The translations under genes and the position numbers were made by a program. The notes below the pieces were generated by a model. The model made no database searches. It saw only the letters and a program-made list of their open reading frames with translations, and was not told where the DNA came from. From NCBI RefSeq assembly GCF_006345805.1, contig NC_042999.1, forward strand, positions 139,624,001 through 139,688,000: a stretch of DNA of 64,000 nt. Reading direction: 5' to 3'. This DNA is from Octopus sinensis. Lineage: Eukaryota. Each line of letters starts with the position of its first letter. Position 1 is the first letter of the stretch. Positions 11,991 to 23,830 of this stretch are shown here, piece after piece.

Positions 11991-13370
11991 TCAAGTAAGA
12001 CCATCTGTTTTATATAAACCTGTATTTTTGACATTGGTAACTTGTGTTGATGATAATGGTAATCTGTCCCCTTCTGCTGTAAAAAGTCCTACAGGATAGA
12101 CACTTTCACTGCTACCATAAGTCACATTGTTGTCAATTAACGGAGTTGTTATTGTTTGATTTAGTGGTTTAGAAGGGTCTTCTTTTATGAGTCTAGATTG
12201 AGAACACAGTTTTTCTTCACTATATGACACAGGAGATAAGTCAGAAACTGGAGAACTTTCAAATACATTAGATTTTAATTTGGGTGATGTTCCATATATC
12301 TTATTTATTGTTGCTTTGCTATTTGTGTTATCTGAAAATGGTAAGCTAAAATCTGTAGTGGATATAGCTATAGAATTCAAAGGAGTGTTTAGCGCCTGAG
12401 AACTATCAGAAACTGAACTAGATGTGCAAGCTCTTTTATTCATTTGACCATATTTATCATCAGGTCCTACAGGCTCGATTTTTACAGTGGGAAGGATAAC
12501 TGAACCAAATGGAGAGTTGCCACTGTTAGTGTCCAGAGATGCAGCCTCAAACTCTCGCTTAACGGTTCTGACTGTACCTTCTTTAAGCTGTGCTAATTCA
12601 TTCTGGGAAATCTGCTTAATATCCTCTGTAGGAACAGTTGAAACAGAAGATGGCATCTGCCTGGTATCATCAAACGCAGTGACTGTTGAAGTAAGTAGCT
12701 GACATGCTCCACTTGTTGTTGCTTTGCTATTTGTGGTATCTGAAAATGGTAAGCTAAAATCTGTAGTGGATACAGTTATAGAATTCAAAGGAGTGTTTAG
12801 TGCCTGAGAACTATCTGAAACTGAACTAGATGTGCAAGCTCTTTTATTCATTTGACCATATTTGTCATCATCAGGTCCTACAGGCTCGATTTTTACAGTG
12901 GGAAGAATAACAGAACCAAATGGAGAGTTGCCACCGTTAGTGTCCAGAGATGCAGCCTCAAACTCTTGCTTAATGGTTCTGACTGTACCTTCTTTAAGCT
13001 GTGCTAATTCATTCTGAGAAATCTCCTGCTTAATATCCTCAGTAGGAACAGCTGAAACATCAGATGGCATCTGCCTGGTATCATCAAACGCAGTGACTGT
13101 CGAAGCAAGTTGCTGATGTGCTCCACTTTGAAGATGAGCATCACACATATTTTGTAAATCTTTCATGTCTAATTGTTTTGCAATGACTTTTAGCTGTTGT
13201 AAAATATTAAGATCAAGATCTAATAGTCCAGTATACATGTATTCAGTAAAAGCCATTAAAGTTTCTGTGCTTACTTCAGGAAATTTCACTTCATAAAACT
13301 GAGAAGAGATGCATGTACTAATTACTGAGAACAGTTTTGGAGACACAGCAGACAAGACTATTTTATGGAC
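11991..13370 (-). CDS. BTB gene 1, terminal exon (C-terminal part of BTB/POZ domain plus long S/T-rich tail)
   Basis: Acceptor tttcag|GTC CAT AAA at 13370; open for 460 codons to TGA at 11991. VHKIVLSAVSPKLF...EVSTETLMAFTEYMYTGLLDL...AKQLDMKDLQNMC matches the BTB pattern (HKxVL, Y.YTG.L, A..L.M..L...C). AATAAA on minus strand at ~11950-11955. Confidence 0.9.
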   Translation of the reverse strand, partial: VHKIVLSAVSPKLFSVISTCISSQFYEVKFPEVSTETLMAFTEYMYTGLLDLDLNILQQLKVIAKQLDMKDLQNMCDAHLQSGAHQQLASTVTAFDDTRQMPSDVSAVPTEDIKQEISQNELAQLKEGTVRTIKQEFEAASLDTNGGNSPFGSVILPTVKIEPVGPDDDKYGQMNKRACTSSSVSDSSQALNTPLNSITVSTTDFSLPFSDTTNSKATTSGACQLLTSTVTAFDDTRQMPSSVSTVPTEDIKQISQNELAQLKEGTVRTVKREFEAASLDTNSGNSPFGSVILPTVKIEPVGPDDKYGQMNKRACTSSSVSDSSQALNTPLNSIAISTTDFSLPFSDNTNSKATINKIYGTSPKLKSNVFESSPVSDLSPVSYSEEKLCSQSRLIKEDPSKPLNQTITTPLIDNNVTYGSSESVYPVGLFTAEGDRLPLSSTQVTNVKNTGLYKTDGLT

Positions 13371-13848
13371 CTGAAATATAGTAAATGATAACAGTATGTT
13401 TACAGCTTGCCAACAATACATTGATAGACACTTAAGAATCATGTTCATAAAATAGAAAAATGTAAGTTTGTTTTTCCAACTCTTACAAAAGCAATTGACT
13501 ACCAAAAGTCTTAAGTCTCTGGAAGTTGATTTTAAACTTCATTCATTTCAAAGCGTTTCTTTTTCTGTAAAATATTCTATTTTATATTAGTAAACAAATG
13601 TTTCAGTAAAAGCTATTTTCAAGGATTGAATCATAAAATTTTCTGATAATAATAAAACTTAAAGCATATCAGTATTTATATATAACTTGATAAAGGCTAC
13701 ACCTACCTTTAAGAAATATAGAGGGAAGCAGAAGAAAGAATAGCTTGATATTAAGCACATTAGAAATTAAGCATAATTTTTTAATTATCATGATAATGAC
13801 ATTGGAAACAGTTGATAAATGTGAAAAAGTTTACAACTGTATACTTAC

Positions 13849-14194
13849 CATCACAGTAGACGAGCCATTGCTAATACTGGCATCACATAATTTTCTACTT
13901 CTCCACATAGATGCTAGGTTAGACATGACAGAATGTTCATGACTAGTAACTAGCAATTTTTGTTTCGGTAAATCTGTTTTTCTAATTATTGATTTAGATA
14001 CAGTTGTTTGATTTGGATCTTTCACCAGCTTTGATTTGGATGGAGTTATTTCAAATGGTGAAGTCAACACTTGAGCTGGTTTTGTAATATTTTGCGATGC
14101 TTGTGCTAAACTTGAATCTTGCTGGACTGGCGTTTTAGTAGTTAGTTGTACACATTTTGAAATCTTTGGAGTTGGTAAAGCACTGTCCATTTGC
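13849..14194 (-). CDS. BTB gene 1, exon with linker and N-terminal half of BTB (SNLASMWRSRKLCDASISNGSSTVM)
   Basis: Acceptor ttttag|G CAA ATG (phase 2); donor ATG|gtaagt (phase 0) joins in frame to VHK of the next exon; paralogous to exons in genes 2 and 3. Confidence 0.88.
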
Positions 14195-14292
14195 CTAAAA
14201 TGAAAATGTGCAATTCATTGAGAAGAAATATATATAAGAGAAAAACAATAACTCAATAGTATTGTCAAAATACCATTTTAGTCATCACATAC

Positions 14293-14366
14293 CATCTGTC
14301 ATGTGATTGTTGATTTCTTAACCTTTGATTCTTCACGTGTTGCTCCCCAATGTGCTCTACCTTGTT
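14293..14366 (-). CDS. BTB gene 1, putative small exon (NKVEHIGEQHVKNQRLRNQQSHDRW)
   Basis: Phase 0 start, phase 2 end with donor TG|gtatgt, then a 98-bp intron. Same phases and position as the 95-bp exon and 89-bp intron in gene 2. The acceptor (aaaaaaacag) is weak. Confidence 0.5.
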
Positions 14367-15178
14367 CTGTTTTTTTATGTATCATTTTCATTTGAGTGTT
14401 GAGGAAGTGAGGCATGATCAAACAAAGAAATAAAGATTTCAGTTAAGTGGAAATAATTTGGACAGTGATGAATAAATAAATTATGTTAATGAAAATGTCA
14501 ATGATAACTAAAAATTCTTGTTTGTAAGACTAACAAATAATACTGAATTCCCATATTGAAACTTCCACTAAGGAAAAATGGAATCTGTTAGGCACATAAG
14601 TATACGGCAAATCCCAAAAGCATTAAAATCAACATGAACAGAGAATCTCTACAGAATTCTAAAACTGAAATGAGAATGGAGCTGGATGTTATACTTATCC
14701 TATTCTGAAATCTGACATGATGGTAACATGTAATTTGTCTTCAACATCAAATATATAGTAACTGCTGCCACAATTCACACAGATTTTCTATGGTAGCTTT
14801 TACCCAGAAAGGTTTTCAAAATTGTAATTCCTGACTGAATTTATAATTCATTTGACAGTAGTGTCATTACATTTGTATTTTTATCACATACATTGATTCC
14901 AAAATTATACTCAATTGACATGGATAGCGATCCCTCAACACTGTATAGTATTTAACTCATTCTTAATGAAAATTGTGGAGTGGCTACAATACTAAAAGTT
15001 TACATCACAAGAAACTTCATATCATGAGGCTTCTTAATACATTTATCCTACATGTATCTTTGGTTTCTGAAATTAACTGCAATATCAATGACCTTCCAAA
15101 CAAATTCTGGAAGCAAATGTTTGTTCTATTTCTCCTATATGTGTGTGATGCTTAAGAAGGTATACCTGATTTATCTAC

Positions 15179-15311
15179 CTTGAGAGCTGCAAGATGAGTT
15201 TTACTCCACCATTTCTGAGCTTCTAATCTTGCCTGCCTTTGTTCTGCTGTTTCTGCCAGCAAACTTTGGCTTTGGTAAGGAATCAATGGCACTAGACGTG
15301 CTAGGATTGAG
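15179..15311 (-). CDS. BTB gene 1, putative exon with one STPR-like 23-aa unit (ETAEQRQARLEAQKWWSKTHLAA)
   Basis: Acceptor ttttcag|C, open frame SILARLVPLIPYQSQSLLAETAEQRQARLEAQKWWSKTHLAALK, donor AAG|gtagat in phase 0. AETAEQ also occurs in the gene 3 N-terminus. Confidence 0.6.
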
Positions 15312-15758
15312 CTGAAAATTTACACACCTATAGAAGGTGTGGTGTAGTTACGGCCAGAGTAGGTTTTAAGTCTCTATCTCGATAACAAAGCCCGAAACGA
15401 TGCATTTTCTGCGAGCGAGTGGATGTCATACACTATTGCCTTGAGTTGTGTTCACGCAACATGTTGGATTCTATGTATGACTGTGCACGTGTTTGCACGA
15501 ATGCAACAGAAAAATGGGGCGAAAACACATTCAAATTTTGAGCTTTCTGAAAAACAAAATATGAGCATATACGTAGAAAAATTTCCTGAATCGGTTGGAG
15601 CAAGTTTGAATTCTCTAGCTTGAAAAATGCAAATTCTAGCAGTTTTGAGTGTGCCTCTTTAAGGAGTTCTCAGTTGAAAATGGTGTCAAAAAATAGCTCA
15701 AAATGAGAGAATTGTTTTGCAGACTGCTTCAAAAATCGAACGGGAAGTGTTCTTAATA

Positions 15759-16150
15759 TCTTTATATATAAAGCTGAAGTTGTCTGTGTGTGGCAGGTTT
15801 GGCAGCCTTCAACTAACACTATCTCCCCCGAGACCCTGCAGCGCAAGTTGACCAAAATTGAGAGTACGATAGAAGAAAGCTTGCTCTTCATTCCGTAGAA
15901 GATAAAATTCAAATCGGACCATGTTAAGACCAAAAATTATTTACATCAAAAAGCTGCTTTTTTTTCTATGAAAATCCCGATTTTTTATGATTTTTTTTAC
16001 TGCTGTGTCGCCATTTTTCGGTGTATTTCAACCAGAAAAATGTTCACTTAAAGAGAATAACAAGCTACATAATGCAAAATTTTTACTTTTCAAAAATTCC
16101 AATTCTAAACAATTGAAACACACCTGAGCAACGCCAGGCGATACTGCTAG
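15759..16150 (+). mobile_element. Non-autonomous Helitron, intact termini
   Basis: A|TC...CTAG|T termini; 3' hairpin cctg-agcaacgc-cagg just before CTAG; no TSD. Confidence 0.88.
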
Positions 16151-16553
16151 TTTCAATAATATGTTTTGCAAGTTAGAATAAGTAAAAATCAAATGCATGA
16201 ACAGTATGAGGGTAAGGCAAGACATCTCACATTTTCTAATTTTTCTTAGGTACTATTCTACCACATAAGCATACAAAATAATGCATAAATTCAACATTTT
16301 TGCTAGATTTCTGAAACTCTATACAACACAGAGCAGTGGGTGGAAGGACATTGTGATATTGCGCTAGCAGCAATGTAAGGAGAGTAGCGAGGCAAAAAGT
16401 GGAAGGGATGAGAGTAATGGAGAGTGGCTGGAAAGGATAGTGAATTTATGGCGTTGAATTAAATCCATAAATGTGAGGAGAGTGAAGGAGATGGGAGTGA
16501 TGGAGAGACTGACATGAGGATGGCCGGACTGTGGTGGCATTAGTGGAGTTGGC

Positions 16554-19500
16554 TTATTGCAGCGCTTCTTTGTAGACGACGTTTCTTGTTTTTGCGGATT
16601 GCCGCATATGAAGAGGTTTCGCGGATCTCCAATACGTGAGCAACCAACGTAAAGTTGACCATGAGTAAAAACATCTTGGGTCAGGTTTAGTCCAACAACT
16701 TAGAGTGATTGGCCCTGAGCTTTATTTATACTCATGCCAAAACAGACTTTTATTGGAAATTGTTTGCATGTAAACTGGAATGGACTGTCAGACGGACTTA
16801 GACTGATTGGAGTTAGCAGTTTTGTCATGCCTGCAGATGGCCCGCTTAGAATGACTGTTGTGAGAATGCGAGTGCCAATATCTTTGATGATAAGTCTCGT
16901 CCCGTTGCACAGTTCTGGTGGGTCGATGTTTCGAAGCAGCATAACTGGAGTGCCAACTTTGAGTCGGAGGTCATGAGGTGGAAGTCCAGAAATTTGTAAC
17001 GTGTTGAGGAATTCGGTGGGATAGTTGACAGCATCATCAGCGTTGTTTGTAGTGTTGATGGACTTGAATGAGTGTTCGTTCCCAGGAATATGGTTGAGGA
17101 GATTTTGATTAATGGCGTCGACATTTGCATTGTGTGGGGCTAAAATGGCTCTACCTTGCAGCCAGTTGGAATCATGAAATTGAGCTTCAAGATCAGGAAA
17201 AACTACCAAAATTAAATCATCAATACTTTCAACAAAATTTCCGAAGAGAAGACTAATATGGTCTGCATCGATTGCAGTTGCAGTTCCGTTTCCAACATCG
17301 AGTAATTGTCTGCAGAATACTTCAGTATCTGCGTCCCATTGCAAATGTACTCTCATGTTGGTGGTGAGGTGAAGTTTTTCAACATGACGCCAAAGGTAAG
17401 ACGATGTGATGCATGCTTTCACTTCATCTGCTTGTGTGCCCCCAGTGATGACAGGAAGGGTTTGCCGGAAATCTCCAGCCAAAATAACTGTTGCTCCACC
17501 CATAAGTCTTGGATTTCGACGCAAGTCCTTGAGAGCTCAATCCAAAGCCTCAGAAGCCGACTTATTGCTCATTGTTGCCTCATCCCAAATAATTAGACAG
17601 CAATCGGAAAGGAGTTTACCTCTTGGCGTGCCTCGATCTATTTCGCAAGATGGATTCTCTTTCTTTGCAATATCCAAGGGAAATTTGAAGGCTGAATGTG
17701 CTGTGCGACCCCTATGCAACAAAGTTGCAGCAATTCTGCTTGATGCAACTGCCAAAGCAATTCTCCTGTCTTTTCGCAGATTTGCGAGGAGAAGGTTGAT
17801 GGCAAAAGTTTTACCTGTGCCATCAGGTGCATCCAAAAAGAAAAGCATGCCTTCATTTGAAACGGCACTGGTGAAAATTCAGTTGTATGCAAGTTGCTGT
17901 TCAGGCAAAAGTTTTGGTTCATCTCGAGCCACCATTTCAGTCAACTCTTCAATGTTATAGTCCAATTCAGAAATGTATTCTGAATCTAAAACGCCATCTC
18001 TGTAGACAGGGCTTGGAATACCGAAATGACAAACACCATCTAATCCAGCAGCTCTGAGACGTCTGTCGATATCAAGTAGAGCCTCATAGTAGATCTCATC
18101 GTTGTATTCGCGTGCATGCAGTCTTCGCAAAATATCTTCTGACATGCTGTCTTTGTGTGCCTCCCACAGTTGGAGGGGTTCGCTGACATCGCAAAATCGT
18201 AACATACTGCAAAACAATCGCCGCCTTTGTTTTGACAGTTTACAATCAGCAGCCTCAACGCCAGGTACAGATGATTGTCGTCTTCAAGAAGTCCGTGCCT
18301 CACACACACCTCCCAGTAAGTGGGACAAATTGTGCTGTCAAACATTCTGAGGTCAGCAAATGACTTGGGTCCTCTAACTTGATGCAGTAGGGTTCTCAAG
18401 AAGAAGCACTCTTGTGCACGTGGATGAACAGTGAAAAGACGTCCGATTGCATCACTTCTCTTTACACCGGGCCAATTATCGACATCTCCATTTTTCCTTC
18501 GACTATGTGATTTCTTTGACCATGTATAGTAAACTGGTACATCGTCATAGAGAAGTGTTGCAGCAAATGCATCTCAGGAGCAAAGTTTGAAGAATGCCAT
18601 AAGTTTTGTCTCCAGCAGCTGTTGAGCGACAATTTGGGCATTCCGCTCCGTGAAATAGGTGCGCTGCCCATTCTCCAAATGAACATCAATGAACTCGTAA
18701 ATGTCAAAACCGAAAATCCTCCAAGCCGCCACATTGGAAGAAATGTATCACCCCATGACATATTGCTGGATTTCGTCATTTTGATTCATGCCACCGCTGA
18801 TGCCAATCACCACCCTTGTTGATGTATTTGGATATGTATTTGATGCTTCTGACAGAGGTGCAGCTCTCAACGTTGATGTGTGCTTTGAAGATTTTTGCGA
18901 GCAGGGGGCTGTAGGGCACAACCCAGCAGTTGTCAACGAAGTAAGTGACACCGTCTCTCCTTACCTGAACTGCAATGCCACCGAAATCAGGAGCGCGCCA
19001 CCGATAAATGGGATAGCTGTGGGTTCTGGTGCAAGCTGTGCTCACGAAGTCTTTGGGATAATGCTTGCTGCATTTGTTATTCTCCATGCATGCTTTTCTG
19101 GGGTTGAGAGGAACACAAGGTCTGTGCAAAAGATTGGTGAAAACAATGTTATGAAGCTCTGGATCAACGGTGGGATCTGGAAGCTCAGCACTGATAACTA
19201 TCAATGTCTGCAGGTCTAATTTTTTCTTTGCACCAAATAAGAATATGTGCATACGGAAGGCCCCGCTTCCGCCATTCCACAATGTACATCCAGGCATTAA
19301 GAGGACTGTAGATTTTCTCCTTCTTCAGCAAGGACATCAGGAGATTAAGCTTGAGTTTGAAGACTAATTTCATCTCAGGTCTTGAGTTCAAAAACTCTGC
19401 AGCAGTTTTTAGCTCACGGACATAAGGGTGGCTGTAGTGAAGCATTGTTTGAAGCTCTGCAATGATATTGCGACTTAAAGGAGGGTTTTTGCTGCATCTA

Positions 19501-20286
19501 TGAGAAAGTTCTTGCTCATGTCCACCCATGAAGAAAACCTGCATAAATCGTGGCTCCTCTCCTGATTGTGGGAGAAGGCTCCCAATTTTGTGGTAACATT
19601 GACCATGAATTTGGAAAGTAAAAAGCTTTTCTTTGGGCCTTGTAACAGTGGTTTGAGAAGTGCTGGCAACCTCAGTGTTGTCAGTGTTTGTCCTTGTTAT
19701 TCAGCTGTCACTCACACCAAAAGACATCATCGAAAAACATGAGTTGTATCTCTATAAACACTTTCGAAACAGCTTTCCATGGTCAGAGTCACTGGTGAGG
19801 TCCTGGATTATTTTGGGAGGAGCAGCCAGTGCCTCAAGATGAACTTTGCCCCCGGAACAGCAGAGACCTGGAGTCTCCCCTCTCCACTTTTTCGCCCCGC
19901 AGTATTTGCAGACTTGATCCATCTGTCCTATAGAAACGTCGGCTCGCGCAGTCATAAGTAGGATCGTAGTTGAAACCTACCATCAACCAAAAATTTTGTT
20001 CTGGACGATGCCGTTGTTGTCTTCAACGTTGCTGGTCCTGCAAACGAATCTTCCTGGCCTCCTAATTCTCAGTCATACGGGTGAATCGATCCCTTTCGCG
20101 CTGGGCAGAAAGACGTGATTCTCTGGCAGCAGAAGTCTCGCTTCTTCGTGATTGCCTGGTGGATTAGGAGAAGGGGCAACGCTCACATGCCTCATTACTC
20201 TCTTCGATGCATGAAAGGGTCGAACTATCATTTTGTTCAGCAACAGGAAATTCCACTGATTGCGGCGTTTCCTCAGAAGGAAGACC
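16554..20286 (-). pseudogene. Decayed autonomous Helitron RepHel (N-terminal repeats, Cys cluster, Rep, PIF1-like helicase)
   Basis: Fragments in order: GFNYDPTY; SIGQMDQVCKYCGAKKWRGETPGLCCSGGKVHL; YIVEWRKRGLPYAHILIW (Rep motif II); SAELPDPTVDPEL; VDNCWVVPYSP..HINVE..SIKYISKY (Rep motif III); FFLDAPDGTGKT (Walker A); IIWDE; LAGDFRQTLPV; LCNGTRL; MSINKAQGQSL*VVGLNL..FTHGQLYVGCSR; KTRNVVYKEALQ*. Many stops and frameshifts. Confidence 0.93.
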
Positions 20287-20842
20287 CTGTAGAGACGGAT
20301 AGCATCATTCAAAATGGTATAGCTAATGATTATATGGTAAAGCCAATGTAATAGTAGTAGATTGTATTTTTGGATAGTCAAGTCTGGTATACTTCTTAAA
20401 TTAAAAAAAAAAAAAACAGAAAAATCAAGTCATAATTCGAACAAATTGTGCAATTAATTTTTTTTGATAAAGAATAAAATGTGTGACTTATAAGTAATAA
20501 TTATTTTTAGATCGACAGGAATACATTCACTGCCATGGCTTTAATGTTATGTATTAAAAAGTATAATTAAACGAAAATAAAGCAATGGCAAAATTAATGT
20601 GTTAAGTTTTAGCAATCACCTAGTATGTGTTCAATACCAAGATAAGCTGCAAATATTATGGATATTTGGTAGGCAGTCCAACAAACAGTTATTTTACTAA
20701 ACAAATTGTCCAAGAAAACGTCGTAAATATTGACACAAACTCGATTTTTCATGAATGTTTAACAGATTTGAATAATTAAGTTCTGATGTAAACATTGCAG
20801 CCGCTGTTTTTATGGCAATAATAGATTAGATGGTAGAAATAG

Positions 20843-21235
20843 GGATCTTTTCGGTTTGAACGGCAGTTTTTTAAAATAATTTCCACGTAACTAAACACTT
20901 TTAAACTTCGTATACTGGTAGAATGTGTTTATAAAACATCTTTTTCTCTTGGCTTTATTGAGAAAATTCTATAGTTTGTAAGATATTTGTTTTGTTTTTT
21001 TTTTCAATTTCTGCAATTTCAACCAATCGATGACGTCTATTCTGTGCCGTATGAATATGTCCCTCGTTTAAACAACAGATTGGGTTTATTTACATTTGTG
21101 AAGAAAACAAGATACCGCCCCCACCCTAACCCTAAAACAGATTGAAATGCAATAGATCGATACTAGGGTCATAATTATGGGTGACAATTGCATATGACAC
21201 CGCTAGAAAAACTGCCATTCAAACCAAAAAGACCC
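20843..21235. mobile_element. MITE with GG-starting TIRs and 8-bp TSD (Merlin-like by inference)
   Basis: TIR ggatcttttcggtttgaacggcagtttt / aaaactgccattcaaaccaaaaagaccc; TSD AGAAATAG at 20835-20842 and 21236-21243. Confidence 0.8.
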
Positions 21236-21748
21236 AGAAATAGTAATGAATTGTATGTATAAAAATGTCTGGGTAATATTGTAAGTCAATGGAGATATCA
21301 CATTTGCACATTTTAGGTTACTTGTAAATGGGCCGTTTCATTTTAAATATTATGATTATGAAAATATGCTGAATAGAAGAGTTTAAATGAAAAAAAAAAC
21401 GAACCACAACATTGAGACAGAAGCTTTGGCTTGGAATGGGTTCACTTGGCCCTAGGATTTTCTCCAAAAGGAGGTTTTGTTGTTGAATAGCAAGAGAAGT
21501 AGCCTAATTGGGAAAGAGTAAACAAAAAGACTACATCAGGGAAGGTATATAAAGTTTACACTGATGTATGGAAATAGCATTAAAACAAAAAGTCCAATTT
21601 ACAACATTGAATGAAAATGAATAGATCAGAGAAATTCCTTAGATTCAAATGGTCAGCCAGGTTTCAAGTTTTAAATAACGGAACGGAAAAAGAGCAAGTT
21701 CAGCAATATTTCAACGAAAAAATGTAATATTTAGGCAAAAAAACGTAC

Positions 21749-21829
21749 CTGTGCACGGGCCTTCCTTCTTTGCATTTTACGGGTTCTATTTCGCTTATCA
21801 GAAAGATTTGAGCGTTTTCGGTTTGGCAT
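21749..21829 (-). CDS. Putative first coding exon MPNRKRSNLSDKRNRTRKMQRRKARAQ (Helitron RepHel-type N-terminus)
   Basis: ATG at 21829, 27 open codons, donor CAG|gtacgt in phase 0. Joins in frame to acceptor ctctacag|GGT at 20286, where the RepHel frame begins. CpG-rich stretch upstream at ~22180-22330. Confidence 0.6.
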
Positions 21830-22337
21830 ATCGTAAAATATACTACAAAAGAGTGACAAAAGGTTCTTAATTATATTTAAATCAATGATTTATAGCACCT
21901 GTCTGATAAATTTCACTATGTCAATCGATGAACAGCCATTAGACAATATCATGCATCTCATGTTAAGTCCTGAAGCGTGCGAAGATGCTTATATGGTGTA
22001 AAAAATCGAATTTTAGATTAAAATGGGAGTTTAAAAAGAGCAAAAATACAAACAAAAAGTCTGCGTGAGCAAAGCACCTATCAAGAGAACAGAATGTACT
22101 CGAATGAAACGTTGGCAGAAGAGTGTCACAGCAAGTAATAAATCGAAAATTATTTACTTTGCGTTTTATTTACTTCGTTCACCAACATGTATCGTGCACG
22201 TGCGATACAAACATGTATCGCGAATCTATTCATTTGCATACGCGCAAGTCGTTGTAGGATCTACTACTTATGACTAGCTAGCGCGGATGCGCGACTGCGC
22301 GCAGCACCGGGACCGCTGTTCGCTTCGCTAGTAGTAC

Positions 22338-22985
22338 CAAATACACTACGTTAGTTTCGTGTTTCATTGAAGCACGTTGATAAATTATTATTAATTTTTG
22401 TTTTTATAAAGTCCCTAAGGCTTCGTATTTTATTCCCAGAAAGTTTGTTATAAGAAACAATTCGATTACAGAGTTTTTCTTTGCTAATATTTTAAAAAAC
22501 GTATTGTGCGTAATGCCGAGTTTTTCTAGATTTTCTATGCAGTATATATAATTAAGATATAGCATCACATCTATGTAGAAGATAGTTACATGATATAAAT
22601 ATTATTCACTAAAGCACGGCAGGCATGATTAACCAGTTATGGCAAGTAAAAAATATGGATGACTCGGAGGAAACAAAAGAATTATGCTATTTAAGATGTG
22701 AAAATAATAGAACCACATTAAACGATTTTCGAGTATTTCATAATAGCAAAGTGAAGGAAATAAATTAAACCTACCCGAGAAGGGACAACAGTCGCTGAAA
22801 TATTCGTTTTCAGAGACTCCAAGTTCGATAACTCTTCTTACTTATTGAATTAGCTTTTTCAACTAGCCTCGGATAAACATCAATGATGATGATATCTCGG
22901 CTGAGCAAAGCTTCAAATTTCAGTAAAATATTATTTAACGTCAATGGATTTGAAATTATTTATATTTAAGTAAATATTTATACTC
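22338..22985. repeat. ~650-bp dispersed repeat, near-identical to 4853-5505
   Basis: Colinear sequence from aaatacacta to taaatatttata in both places. Confidence 0.85.
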
Positions 22986-23299
22986 AATTTCTGTCTACCA
23001 AATCCACTCACAAGGCTTTGGTCAGCCCAAGGCTATTGTAGAAGATACTTGCCCAAGGTGCCACACAGTGAAACTGAACCCAGAACCATGTGGTTTAGAA
23101 GCAAGATTCTTATCACACACTTACACCTGTGCATGTATAACATAGTTCTCAGGGAGATTCAACATGACATGGAATGCAACAAAGTTTGCCCTTTTAAATT
23201 CGGGTACATACATATACTGAGGCCTATTCCCCATTTTTTTATTTTTCAGGAGTGGGTAGCCACAGCAAGACACACACCAAGCATTCCATTTATTTCCCA

Positions 23300-23830
23300 G
23301 CTCAAAGGGGCAAGTCCCATTCTATGCTTGGGTCAAGGCGTAGAACACAACCTCCAATATCAGCAGTGGGGCCTGACAGCTTATGCTGGTTTACACCCAC
23401 TGTACACTTTTGAGCAACATCAAAATTCACTTATCCATCTACAAACACTCTCCAAACTTTCCTATCATTTATAAACTCTCTTGCCTCTAACACTCCAACA
23501 CCTCTAACTACAAGAACTTTTCTCACTCCATCTATCCTCACAGAGGTCTGCCTCTGGTTCTGCTGCCTACCATTTCAGCTTTCATCACCCTCCTTACCAT
23601 CTGCTCTTCTTCCTCTCCATGTGGCCAAACCACCTCATCATTCATCTATCCAATTTGGTTGTTAGTTTTTCATTCATTCCTGCTCATCATCGCACTTCCT
23701 CATCCTATCCATCCATATCACACACATCATAGCCCTCAGACATCTCATCTCTAACACATCTAGACGTCTCCTTTCCACCTCTCTGCACCATATAACATTG
23801 TTGGCACAATCACAAGAGGACTGAGAATTT
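23300..23830 (-). mobile_element. Old RTE-like LINE 3' fragment
   Basis: Minus strand reads RRLDVLEMRCLRAMM...RWFGHMER. Confidence 0.6.

Noticed and set aside
13371-13505. N-terminal extension of the 504-aa ORF (MVVNCFCK...)
   Set aside because: Lies upstream of the tttcag acceptor at 13370 and has no counterpart in the paralogues; it is intron read-through.
15311-21749. Direct splice from the MPNRKRSNL exon to the gene 1 exon at 15311
   Set aside because: Phase mismatch (donor phase 0, acceptor phase 2); an intermediate exon or other splice sites would be needed, so it is kept only as a hypothesis.
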